32,000 bases of DNA from Candidatus Lokiarchaeum ossiferum (GTDB lineage: Archaea > Asgardarchaeota > Lokiarchaeia > Sigyniarchaeales > Promethearchaeaceae): the NCBI GenBank assembly GCA_025839675.1, contig CP104013.1, forward strand, positions 630,001 to 662,000, written 5' to 3'. The position numbers and the translations under genes are program-made. The notes under the pieces are model-generated. The model saw only the letters and a list, made by a program, of their open reading frames with translations, was not told where the DNA came from and searched no databases. Shown in pieces: positions 24,361 to 32,000 of the stretch (position 1 is its first letter; every line of letters begins with the position of its first letter).

Positions 24361-24696
24361 ATGAAAGAAAGAAAAAAGATCTCGTTTAAATTAATGCCCG
24401 ATTTTCAATGTGACCCTCTTTGGTGGGGTAAAGATTCAGCTAAAGTTGGAAATATCGATCCAAATACCCTCCCCATTTCAAGCTTCTTAAAAAAAAAGTT
24501 GTATGATTGGGCAAAACAATTTGACTCAACCCTCAATTTAAAAGAACCAAATCGATCTACCGAATTTGAGGATTTGAATATTGTTCAATTTCAAGAAGAA
24601 GGGAAAAATATAAAGTATCTTTTGGAATGCGAGATTGGGCATAAATATCAAATTGAATATTGTTTACCTTCCCTTGAAAAAAAAACAGAACATTAG
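24361..24696 (+). CDS. hypothetical 111-aa soluble protein
   Basis: The ORF lies 84 nt downstream of the second GTPase on the same strand. No motif recognised (MPDFQCDPLWWGKD...LPISSFLKKKLYDWAKQFD). Confidence 0.5.
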   Translation: MKERKKISFKLMPDFQCDPLWWGKDSAKVGNIDPNTLPISSFLKKKLYDWAKQFDSTLNLKEPNRSTEFEDLNIVQFQEEGKNIKYLLECEIGHKYQIEYCLPSLEKKTEH

Positions 24697-24988
24697 CGAA
24701 ATAAACTTATGTTATTGAGAAATAACCAATGACTATAAATTAATTTGATAATAATTGGCTATAGATTTTGATTTTTCCTCAATTTTTCCATTTGAAACCG
24801 AATTAATATTAGCGGATTTGTCAAAAAGGATGATTTTTTAATTTAATGTAATAATCTCATCTATTTATAAAATTCTTCTTTCAACAAAATTGATTTGAAA
24901 TGATAAAAGTACGTAGCAAAAAACGAATATAATGCAATCTATAGGTTTTTCTTTTCTATTTCCAATCTTGTTTTGAGATGAAACTAAA

Positions 24989-26233
24989 ATGTTATTATTT
25001 TCAATAAAAAATGTATTTCGAAAAAAAATTATGGCCATTTTATCCAGCTTAGGCATTGGATTCGGCTTAATGCTCATGTTTGTCTTAGGAGCTTTCAGCT
25101 CAGGAGTTGAAGCTCAACTTGAGGATAATTTTGCAGAAGTAATTGGAGTTGTAGAAATTCAAGAACAAAATCCAATAAATGGTCGAAGTGAACTTCCTAA
25201 AAACACAATGGATATCTTATTTGATGCCCCCTTAGGGGAAGATATTCAAAATTATAATGTCAAAGTATCGCTACCCACAGCATTTACACTCCCTTATATT
25301 GGAAATATACGTGAAGATATGGACGGAGATGTCCTTCAATTAACTGGAATAAATCAAACTTTGGATCAGTTATGGAAAGGGCCTACTAGTAAAATTACAT
25401 TAGGCCGAGATTTCATAGCAGGAGAAAAAGAAATCATATTAGACTCACGTTTGATAGATGTTGATAAATTGGATGTTAGATTAGGAGATTTCTTAACGGT
25501 TTATCTTGAAATTAGTCCTTTAAAAAATGTAACCGAATTATTTGAAATCGTTGGTTTTTATTCCCAAGATGATTCAGGAGCACCGGATTTTGTTCCCAGA
25601 AGTTATTATGGATATATGGACTTGGAAATCGCGTGGAGCATGTTAGGGAAAGCAGGTTTAAATAATGAGACATTCACATCAATAGATCTATTATTCCCTA
25701 GTACGAGTAATGAGCAAACAACAGCTTATATAGATCAAATAATTGATTTATCAGATTCAGGGGAATTTGGAGATATTTTCGTTCAAGCTTTCTCATTGGG
25801 TCAATTTCAGGAATCACTATCAGAATCATTTGATATTTTTAATTCCTTTTTCTTGATAATTTCCTTGATCACTGCTTTAGCTGGCGGTATGGCGATTATT
25901 GTTAGTCAATTATCGAGTGTGAATGAAAGACGCAAAGAATTTGCAATTTTAAAATCTACAGGATGGAAAAATAGGCATATTTTCACAAATATAATCATAG
26001 AATCATTGGTGTTAGGTATTCTGGGAGCAGTAATTGGAATAGGATTAGGACTTGGAATAATTCAATTACTTGGTAGTTTAGAGGGTGCTTTTTCTTCTGC
26101 AACTGCAAAAATCTCGCAAGGTTTGGTAATTCAGGTTTTAAGCTTTGCATTAGGAATTGGTGTAATTGGTGGAATGTATCCCGGAATTAAAGCGGCACGT
26201 TTACGTCCAGTTGAAGTACTAAAGGGAGAATAG
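24989..26233 (+). CDS. MacB/LolE-type ABC transporter permease (FtsX domain with large extracytoplasmic loop)
   Basis: N-terminal FSIKNVFRKKIMAILSSLGIGFGLMLMFVL is followed by a about 230-aa soluble loop and three C-terminal helices. The ORF ends YPGIKAARLRPVEVLKGE, the classic FtsX-family C-terminus. Confidence 0.85.
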   Translation: MLLFSIKNVFRKKIMAILSSLGIGFGLMLMFVLGAFSSGVEAQLEDNFAEVIGVVEIQEQNPINGRSELPKNTMDILFDAPLGEDIQNYNVKVSLPTAFTLPYIGNIREDMDGDVLQLTGINQTLDQLWKGPTSKITLGRDFIAGEKEIILDSRLIDVDKLDVRLGDFLTVYLEISPLKNVTELFEIVGFYSQDDSGAPDFVPRSYYGYMDLEIAWSMLGKAGLNNETFTSIDLLFPSTSNEQTTAYIDQIIDLSDSGEFGDIFVQAFSLGQFQESLSESFDIFNSFFLIISLITALAGGMAIIVSQLSSVNERRKEFAILKSTGWKNRHIFTNIIIESLVLGILGAVIGIGLGLGIIQLLGSLEGAFSSATAKISQGLVIQVLSFALGIGVIGGMYPGIKAARLRPVEVLKGE

Positions 26234-26236
26234 AAG

Positions 26237-27013
26237 GTGAACAAAATGATAAAAACTGAAACTCAAAACAACTTAGATAAAGATAGGCAAAATCGCGCAG
26301 TCATTTCTATGCAGGATATCAGAAAACAATATGGAAAAGGTGATCTAATGATTGAAGCCGTGAAGGGAATTAACTTAGATATTGACTATGGTAATATTGT
26401 CACGATCATGGGACCTTCTGGTAGTGGAAAAAGTACTTTCTTAAATATTTTAGGTACAATGGATAAACCAACTACGGGGAGAGTATTTATTGAAGGAATA
26501 GATGTAGCTCAAATAAAGGAAAGAAACATCTCTCTGTATCGAAAAAAACTCATTGGATTTGTATTTCAAAATAATTATCTCCTTCAAAATTTGAATGTTA
26601 TTGATAATGTTTTAAGCCCTTTAATTCCCTATGGAATATCTTCAGAAGATAAGAAACGAGCTCTCATGCTAATTGAAAAATTAGGTTTAAAAGGAAGAGA
26701 AAAAAGCACTGTAAAAAAATTATCAGGAGGACAAGCTCAACGAGTTGCAATTGCTCGTGCACTAATAAACCAACCTCGAATATTGCTGGCAGATGAGCCA
26801 ACGGGAAATTTAGATTCAGAAACGGGGAAAGAGATTATAGAAACGCTGATAAGTCTATCCAAATCAGGAACAACTATTATTATTGTGACGCATGATCCTC
26901 GCATCGGTCAAATGATTGAAATGCAAGAAAATGGGAGAAATATTTGGTTAGAAGATGGAAAATTGAGTGATAAACCTTCTTATGATGTATTTTGCTATGA
27001 TACTGAAAAATAA
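26237..27013 (+). CDS. MacB/LolD-type ABC transporter ATP-binding protein
   Basis: Walker A GPSGSGKST, LSGGQAQRVAIARAL, Walker B ILLADEPTGNLD, H-loop IVTHDP. The GTG at 26237 lies 3 nt after the permease stop; an alternative ATG is at 26246. Confidence 0.9.
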   Translation: MNKMIKTETQNNLDKDRQNRAVISMQDIRKQYGKGDLMIEAVKGINLDIDYGNIVTIMGPSGSGKSTFLNILGTMDKPTTGRVFIEGIDVAQIKERNISLYRKKLIGFVFQNNYLLQNLNVIDNVLSPLIPYGISSEDKKRALMLIEKLGLKGREKSTVKKLSGGQAQRVAIARALINQPRILLADEPTGNLDSETGKEIIETLISLSKSGTTIIIVTHDPRIGQMIEMQENGRNIWLEDGKLSDKPSYDVFCYDTEK

Positions 27014-27028
27014 TATTCATTATAAGAA

Positions 27029-27039
27029 TTTTTTTTTTT
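27029..27039 (+). terminator. oligo-T tract (T11) after the MacB-type ATPase
   Basis: A T11 run lies 16 nt after the stop codon. Confidence 0.4.
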
Positions 27040-27084
27040 CATTACGGGAAAATTTATAATCCTAAACTCCATTAATTTCTTAAA

Positions 27085-28011
27085 ATGCAAAATCATGCTT
27101 ATTCTTCAAATCAATTTAATTCAAATATATTTTTTGAATTTGGTAATTCAATGAAAAATTACGTCAAAGCATCCGTTATCGTAGCAATCATTGGCATTAT
27201 TGGTTCATTTATTATCCCATTTTTAGGAATTATTCCAATGTTGTATGGATCAGGTTCTTCAGGTCCGTATCAAACGATGGGAGGGATGATGCTAATTTCG
27301 AGTCTTTTTGGACTTGCTTCACTTGGATTATCTATTTTTGTTTTGGTAAGGTATATTCAATATTTATCGGCTCTTAAAAGAATTGGACAGACCTTAAATG
27401 ATTTCAATCTGCAAAAAGCCTATAAAATGGAAATTGGGACAATAATTGGTTCGATTATTTTTCCAATTATTCTCATTGCAACATTCGTTCCAGTTATTAT
27501 TTCCATGGTTAATGATCCCTATGAAGCTATGATCACGGGATTTTTAGGTTTGATTCTACTCGCCTTGTTGGGAGGCACAATAATATTCGTGCTATCAATC
27601 CTTGGAGTGATTGCTCTTGATCGATGGGGGGAACAATTCCGATATAATAATAATTTAATAGGGATTAATATTGCAGAAGGAATAAATTATATGAAGTGGG
27701 GAAGAATAATTGCACCATTCACAGGCGGTATTGGGTCAATATTTTATCTTGTCGGAATGTGGAAAGCAGGAACGAATTTAATGATTTATAAAGCAGGAGA
27801 AAATCAACCTGGAACATTCCAACCCAGTATGCCATCCTATCAGAGATCCTCCGAAACAAATTTCGACAGTTTTTCAGAGCAAACATATCGCCCAGATTCT
27901 ACATTAGGAGGAAACACCATAATTCCGTCCGGTTTTTGTTCGAAATGTGGACAAAAAATTCTCAATCTAAATTCTACTTTTTGTGAGAATTGTGGAAATA
28001 AACTCAAGTAA
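27085..28011 (+). CDS. polytopic membrane protein with C-terminal double-CxxC zinc ribbon (paralog 1)
   Basis: About 6 hydrophobic helices. Conserved blocks VRYIQYLSALKRIGQTLNDFNLQKAYKMEIG and MKWGRIIAPFTGGIGSIFYLVGMWKAGTNL. The C-terminus is CSKCGQK...FCENCGNKL. Confidence 0.7.
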   Translation: MQNHAYSSNQFNSNIFFEFGNSMKNYVKASVIVAIIGIIGSFIIPFLGIIPMLYGSGSSGPYQTMGGMMLISSLFGLASLGLSIFVLVRYIQYLSALKRIGQTLNDFNLQKAYKMEIGTIIGSIIFPIILIATFVPVIISMVNDPYEAMITGFLGLILLALLGGTIIFVLSILGVIALDRWGEQFRYNNNLIGINIAEGINYMKWGRIIAPFTGGIGSIFYLVGMWKAGTNLMIYKAGENQPGTFQPSMPSYQRSSETNFDSFSEQTYRPDSTLGGNTIIPSGFCSKCGQKILNLNSTFCENCGNKLK

Positions 28012-28096
28012 AGTTTTAGCCATAAAACACTCTTTTTTCTCTTTAAATTACCTATGAAAAAGATTTTTTAGGGTGTACCCCTATATTTTCCTTGCT

Positions 28097-29005
28097 ATGG
28101 AAAATCCCTATGCACCTTCAAATAGACACATTTCTGAACTTTATTTCAACCTAGGACAAGCGATGAAGCAATATGTAATCGCCATATTAGCTAGCTGTGG
28201 AATAGGAATAATTGGGCTTTTTTTAACAATATCTATGGGTCCTTACGTAACTTCAGAAGTTTATGCCCTATCAGGAAGTGCGGGGATGCAAATAGTCACA
28301 TTGGCAGCAATACCGGGAATTTTCAGCTTTTTGTGGATTGGTTTATTTACTTATATTGCAGTACGGTATTTTCAGTATCTTTCAAAATTAAAGGCCTTGG
28401 GAAATCAACTAGGCGATGTAAATTTACAAAAAACATATAAAATGGAAATCGGAGCCATAACATCAGGGATATTCTTGGTGATATTTGTTATTATCATTCT
28501 TATGCCAATCTCTCGATCACTATTATATAATCCAGCGAGATTCAATGTCTCAGGACTAATTGGTCTAATATTTTTGATTTTTTTTGGTGGAATTGCGGTT
28601 TATATATTCCAGATAATGAGCGTAGTGCATTTTGATAGATGGAGTTATTATCTTCAAATTTCTGATCCTAATATTACAACCTATTCAATTAAAGAAGGAA
28701 TGGGATTCATGAAATTTGGTAGAATACTTAATCCCTTTGTAAGCGGAATTGGAGAAATCTTTTATATGGTGGGAATGTGGAAATCCGGACAAAATTTGAT
28801 TAAATATTCAGGCATGAATAATACCAGAGTAGAGAATCCATCTATTTATGGCCAATTTTCCGAACCACATACACGAACCTATCGACCACTTCAAATGCAT
28901 CCAACACCAAGTCGACCACAGCATTTCTTTTGTTCAAATTGTGGAAACAAAATTACCCCTCCAGAATCCAAGTTTTGCCAAAATTGTGGGAATAAATTAT
29001 TCTGA
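28097..29005 (+). CDS. polytopic membrane protein with C-terminal double-CxxC zinc ribbon (paralog 2)
   Basis: The ATG at 28097 (MENPYAPSN) aligns with the paralog 1 N-terminus (MQNHAYSSN); the track start at 28073 is a GTG. Blocks VRYFQYLSKLKALGNQLGDVNLQKTYKMEIG and MKFGRILNPFVSGIGEIFYMVGMWKSGQNL are shared. The C-terminus is CSNCGNK...FCQNCGNKL. Confidence 0.7.
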   Translation: MENPYAPSNRHISELYFNLGQAMKQYVIAILASCGIGIIGLFLTISMGPYVTSEVYALSGSAGMQIVTLAAIPGIFSFLWIGLFTYIAVRYFQYLSKLKALGNQLGDVNLQKTYKMEIGAITSGIFLVIFVIIILMPISRSLLYNPARFNVSGLIGLIFLIFFGGIAVYIFQIMSVVHFDRWSYYLQISDPNITTYSIKEGMGFMKFGRILNPFVSGIGEIFYMVGMWKSGQNLIKYSGMNNTRVENPSIYGQFSEPHTRTYRPLQMHPTPSRPQHFFCSNCGNKITPPESKFCQNCGNKLF

Positions 29006-29296
29006 TATTAACAAATGCTTCTTTTTAATTGTTTTTCGATTTAGTGTTAAATTGTCATTTGTGTTGACTAAACTTATCCACTTTTCAATTTTATATTGGA
29101 AAACAGAGAAAACAACTAGAAATCCGAGTAAGATAATAGTTTAAGATAAAAATAGGATGTCAACAAAGAATGAACTAATTCTAGAGAATATAAATTATCA
29201 ACTATTCTTTGTTCAATATATCATCTTTTTTTTGGTTTGGCTGCAGAAAACCAATCAATTGAATTTAAACACTTAGATAATACAGCAAAACAGTTT

Positions 29297-30418
29297 TCAC
29301 TCAAATTTATGCCTGAATTCGTTAAATTTTTTCAAAACTTGGAGAAAAATTTCATCCTTGAAAGATAGAGATTTCTTAAATTGAATAATCGGGTTCAAAA
29401 ATTCTTGAAAGGAATTTGATTCCTTAGGGTTTAATAGAAAAATGACAGTATACTCGTTAATATTGAAAATTAAATAAATATTTTTTGAAGAAATGAGAAT
29501 TATTCCGAAAAGTGGTTCTTTGTAGATATTTTCCATTATTGTATGAGATGTATTGTATAATGTGAGTGCATTGGCAATGGAATCTTCAGAACTTAGATTA
29601 TTTGCCGAATCTTTCTTAACTCTCACATTACCAGAATTATCCACAAGAACAAATGGATTTTCAATCTCAAAAAGTAATTTTCCAGGAGATTTAAGTATTT
29701 TTTGAACTTTTTTAGGTTTCAATTTTTGATTAAGCGCAATATTTGAATCATTTTCGAGAGTTTCATAAACGATAGTAATATCCTCATAATTTTTATATTC
29801 GAGCACGCGGAAATCAGAAGAAATAAGTGTCACCATATCAAGTTTCTCGGTCAACCTTTCTTCCACAATTCGATTTACGGCTTTTATTAGTACCATCGTT
29901 TGAAATCCCAGAATTTTTTTATCAAAGTATTCTTTTGCTTTACTATAAAGAACTTCACCATCAATATTGCTCAAATACAAGACACTGCGAATGTTATCCT
30001 CCTCATCATAGTTTTTTAAAATATTAATATAGTCAAAATAACCGTGAGATTTCAAAATACTATCTACATTCTTATGAAATGGATTAAAAGTACCAACATC
30101 GCCATTAAAATTGGTCACTTTCTCCAAAAATAAATCTAAAAACGTATCTCTGATTTGAATCAGGATTTTTCGGATTATTTTTTCAAATTCTTTATCCTTT
30201 GTTAAAATAACAAAAATTAAATCCTTATATCGATCAAAGATGTAAGTGGTTAAATTTAAAGTAATTTCTTCAATAACTTCCCCGCTTTGCCCTTTGGCAA
30301 ACATATTTAAGGCTGTGAGAAAACCAGAGATCAAATTTGCATCCGAATCATCATCATCACTTGTCCATGTGAAGTAACTAATTCCCGCATCATTCATAAC
30401 CAAAATTCGATCAATCAT
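29297..30418 (-). CDS. protein built of three tandem longin/roadblock-like modules (tentative)
   Basis: The 373-aa soluble ORF shows a threefold repetition of a beta-beta-alpha-beta-beta-beta(-alpha) residue pattern. The first module starts MIDRILVMNDAGISYFTW...ANLISGFLTALNMFAKG. Details are in the findings. Confidence 0.65.
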   Translation of the reverse strand: MIDRILVMNDAGISYFTWTSDDDDSDANLISGFLTALNMFAKGQSGEVIEEITLNLTTYIFDRYKDLIFVILTKDKEFEKIIRKILIQIRDTFLDLFLEKVTNFNGDVGTFNPFHKNVDSILKSHGYFDYINILKNYDEEDNIRSVLYLSNIDGEVLYSKAKEYFDKKILGFQTMVLIKAVNRIVEERLTEKLDMVTLISSDFRVLEYKNYEDITIVYETLENDSNIALNQKLKPKKVQKILKSPGKLLFEIENPFVLVDNSGNVRVKKDSANNLSSEDSIANALTLYNTSHTIMENIYKEPLFGIILISSKNIYLIFNINEYTVIFLLNPKESNSFQEFLNPIIQFKKSLSFKDEIFLQVLKKFNEFRHKFE

Positions 30419-30611
30419 TTCTCAATTTAAGTTGATTTACCAAGATAAAAAGTTTGTTGCTTTCAATTAATATGATTTGTTTGAGTTTCCATTATCAATT
30501 TTAGCTTTTATAATATTAATCATAGTTTGCAATTTCAAATCAAGATCCAAGTGAAAAGATTTTTTACATGAATAAGTGAATATTATTGAAAGAAATACGG
30601 ATTTGAAAAAC

Positions 30612-31652
30612 ATGGGTTTATGGGTAGAATTATTAATTGTTCAAACAATTATTGGGTATTGCTTTGTTATGGCAAACGATTTGATAGGACTTTATAATAT
30701 TAGAGATTTAAACAATATGAAGGGTGATATCACATTGGTAAAGGCACACAAGAGAATAGGCTGGATTGAAACAACCTTTTTCTATTGTATAACGATCCAA
30801 TGTCTAATAATGGTTTTTATGGCTTTAGGAGGATCAGGCACACCTCCTTTTTTATCTATTGGAAATACAAGTGGTATTCATTTTATGATAGGTGGTATAG
30901 TAGGAACGATACTTTTTTCGTTTAAATTTATTATCGCACATTTTAAAAAGAATATCATCTATAAATATGGTCAGTTCATCGGACCAATAGGGTTTGTGGG
31001 ATGGAGTTTAGCACATTGGACAAGCATGGTAAATTATTTCTTTTTTTATTCTGGAGAAACCATTTTTTTACCAAAGACTGCTTTTTCCTTCATAATTGCA
31101 GCCTTGATCTCATTTTCGATTGGAACAGCAATATTTTTAGGTGTTCTTGCTAGAAGAGGAGGAAGCACTACAAACAGTCGGTGGTCCGTCCATCAAATTG
31201 CATTCATTCTACATGGAATTACTTTTGGTTATGAAGGTGCGGCTAAAGATTTGTTAGGAACCCCAGCTTTATATAAATACGTCATACCGAAGACATATGG
31301 CTTTTTAGAGAAGATGTTGAAGGATGTTTTAGGTTTTGACCTGAAAGAATTAGAAGAGATGAATTTGAATAAAGCTTTAGAAGCTTTTACAAAAAAATCC
31401 GCCGAAATTGGTATGGCAGAAAAATTGAAGATTAAATGGGAATCCGATCATGTTTTTACCATCGAATCAGTAAATTGTTCCACCGCAAAGGTTCGAAGTG
31501 TTATGAAACCCGAGGAATTAACCAATGCAATCTGTCCATGGGCAATAATGGCTGCTGCGATAGTCAATAAAAGCACAGGAAAAGATCTTGAAATCGCTGC
31601 ATCAGAATTTAATGAAATCGGATCTTTAACTAAAGTTACTCTAAAAGAATAG
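30612..31652 (+). CDS. polytopic membrane protein with C-terminal soluble V4R-like domain (tentative)
   Basis: About 6 hydrophobic helices are followed by a about 150-aa soluble tail ending ...IESVNCSTAKVRSVMKPEELTNAICPWAIMAAAIVNKSTGKDLEI... The Cys spacing and G-rich end are reminiscent of V4R/4-vinyl-reductase-type ligand-binding domains. An alternative GTG start is at 30576. Confidence 0.6.
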   Translation: MGLWVELLIVQTIIGYCFVMANDLIGLYNIRDLNNMKGDITLVKAHKRIGWIETTFFYCITIQCLIMVFMALGGSGTPPFLSIGNTSGIHFMIGGIVGTILFSFKFIIAHFKKNIIYKYGQFIGPIGFVGWSLAHWTSMVNYFFFYSGETIFLPKTAFSFIIAALISFSIGTAIFLGVLARRGGSTTNSRWSVHQIAFILHGITFGYEGAAKDLLGTPALYKYVIPKTYGFLEKMLKDVLGFDLKELEEMNLNKALEAFTKKSAEIGMAEKLKIKWESDHVFTIESVNCSTAKVRSVMKPEELTNAICPWAIMAAAIVNKSTGKDLEIAASEFNEIGSLTKVTLKE

Positions 31653-31665
31653 GAATCCAGTACAG

Positions 31666-31675
31666 TTTTTTTTTT
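31666..31675 (+). terminator. oligo-T tract (T10) after the 30612..31652 gene
   Basis: A T10 run lies 14 nt after the TAG stop. Confidence 0.4.
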
Positions 31676-31818
31676 GAAATCAATTCTTATCATACAAGAG
31701 ATGCCATTTGAAGATTTGATTAAATTAAGAGAATATTGAAATCATTTGCTACCAAGGTTAAATGTTCCAAATGAGTAATAGATCTTTGAGAATATCTTAT
31801 TAAGGGGAATATAAATGA

Positions 31819-32000
31819 ATGCAAAAATCTCGTCATCGTCGAATCCAGCAAAAATTTATAGAAGATCGAACCCATATTGACCATCTATTGAAATATGGGT
31901 GGACTTTGCTCGATAATACAAGTCAAATGACCCAACACTTTATGGAATTATTACGAGAATCAATTCTCCAACAACATCCAGAGTGGAATGAAGATCAAAT
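31819..32000 (+). CDS. possible ORF start, open to the 3' window edge, unknown function
   Basis: I translated this by hand: MQKSRHRRIQQKFIEDRTHIDHLLKYGWTLLDNTSQMTQHFMELLRESILQQHPEWNEDQ... with no stop before the window end. It is too short to classify. Confidence 0.25.
   Translation, partial: MQKSRHRRIQQKFIEDRTHIDHLLKYGWTLLDNTSQMTQHFMELLRESILQQHPEWNEDQ

Noticed and set aside
24865-25077. 70-aa minus-strand ORF across the FtsX-permease start
   Set aside because: It overlaps the well-supported permease N-terminus in antisense, and the remainder lies in A/T-rich promoter sequence.
28848-29144. 98-aa + strand ORF overlapping the end of paralog 2 and running into the intergenic region
   Set aside because: It is an alternate frame of a gene whose annotated frame is validated by colinearity with its paralog, including the terminal zinc ribbon.
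31448-31693. 81-aa minus-strand ORF at the end of the 30612..31652 gene
   Set aside because: It is antisense to the conserved-looking C-terminal domain and has no independent signal.
1-32000. Search by eye for tRNA/rRNA genes, IS elements (transposase motifs, long terminal inverted repeats), integrases and prophage genes
   Set aside because: I found no T-arm/acceptor-like patterns in intergenic regions, no rRNA-like GC-rich blocks, and no DDE/serine/tyrosine recombinase-like ORFs. This check was visual only; tRNAscan/Infernal should confirm it.

Overview
This is a densely coding, AT-rich window (about one-third G+C by eye) with about 30 protein genes. I found no rRNA, tRNA, CRISPR array or recognisable IS/transposon. 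All calls come from reading motifs in the supplied translations; no database search was possible.

The source is probably an archaeon, most plausibly Asgard/Lokiarchaeia-like (inference only). The grounds are K/N/I-rich proteins, oligo-T tracts after genes, a PGF-CTERM-like tail on a secreted binding protein, many zinc-ribbon membrane proteins, and Arf-family small GTPases next to longin/roadblock-like proteins.

Layout:
- 1-7.4 kb (+): partial SDR, a zinc-ribbon membrane protein, a membrane-anchored bPH+XRE-HTH regulator, and two back-to-back ABC exporter pairs.
- 7.6-19.3 kb (-): a membrane protein and a zinc-ribbon protein of unknown fold. Next comes a five-gene disaccharide uptake/phosphorolysis operon (binding protein, fused double permease, MalK-like ATPase, beta-PGM::GH65 fusion, overlapping uridine-kinase-family gene). 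The block ends with a UDG-superfamily-like gene preceded by a 30-bp x3 tandem repeat.
- 19.9-22.6 kb: DegT-type aminotransferase, SAM methyltransferase, GDPD.
- 22.7-30.4 kb: two tandem paralogous Arf/Sar/SRbeta-like GTPases (the second with an N-terminal longin-like domain), a small unknown protein, and a MacB/FtsX-type ABC pair. These are followed by two tandem paralogous zinc-ribbon membrane proteins and a convergent 373-aa protein that reads as three tandem longin-like modules.
- 30.6-32 kb: a polytopic membrane protein with a V4R-like C-terminal domain and a partial ORF.

The best candidate for something new is the GTPase / longin-GTPase fusion / tri-longin-like locus at 22.7-30.4 kb, possibly joined by a DENN-core-like zinc-ribbon protein at 8.6-9.5 kb. 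Secondary items are a about 95-nt structured element upstream of the first ABC operon, the 30-bp tandem TATA-containing repeat, and the strongly acidic binding protein with an archaeosortase-like C-terminal signal.
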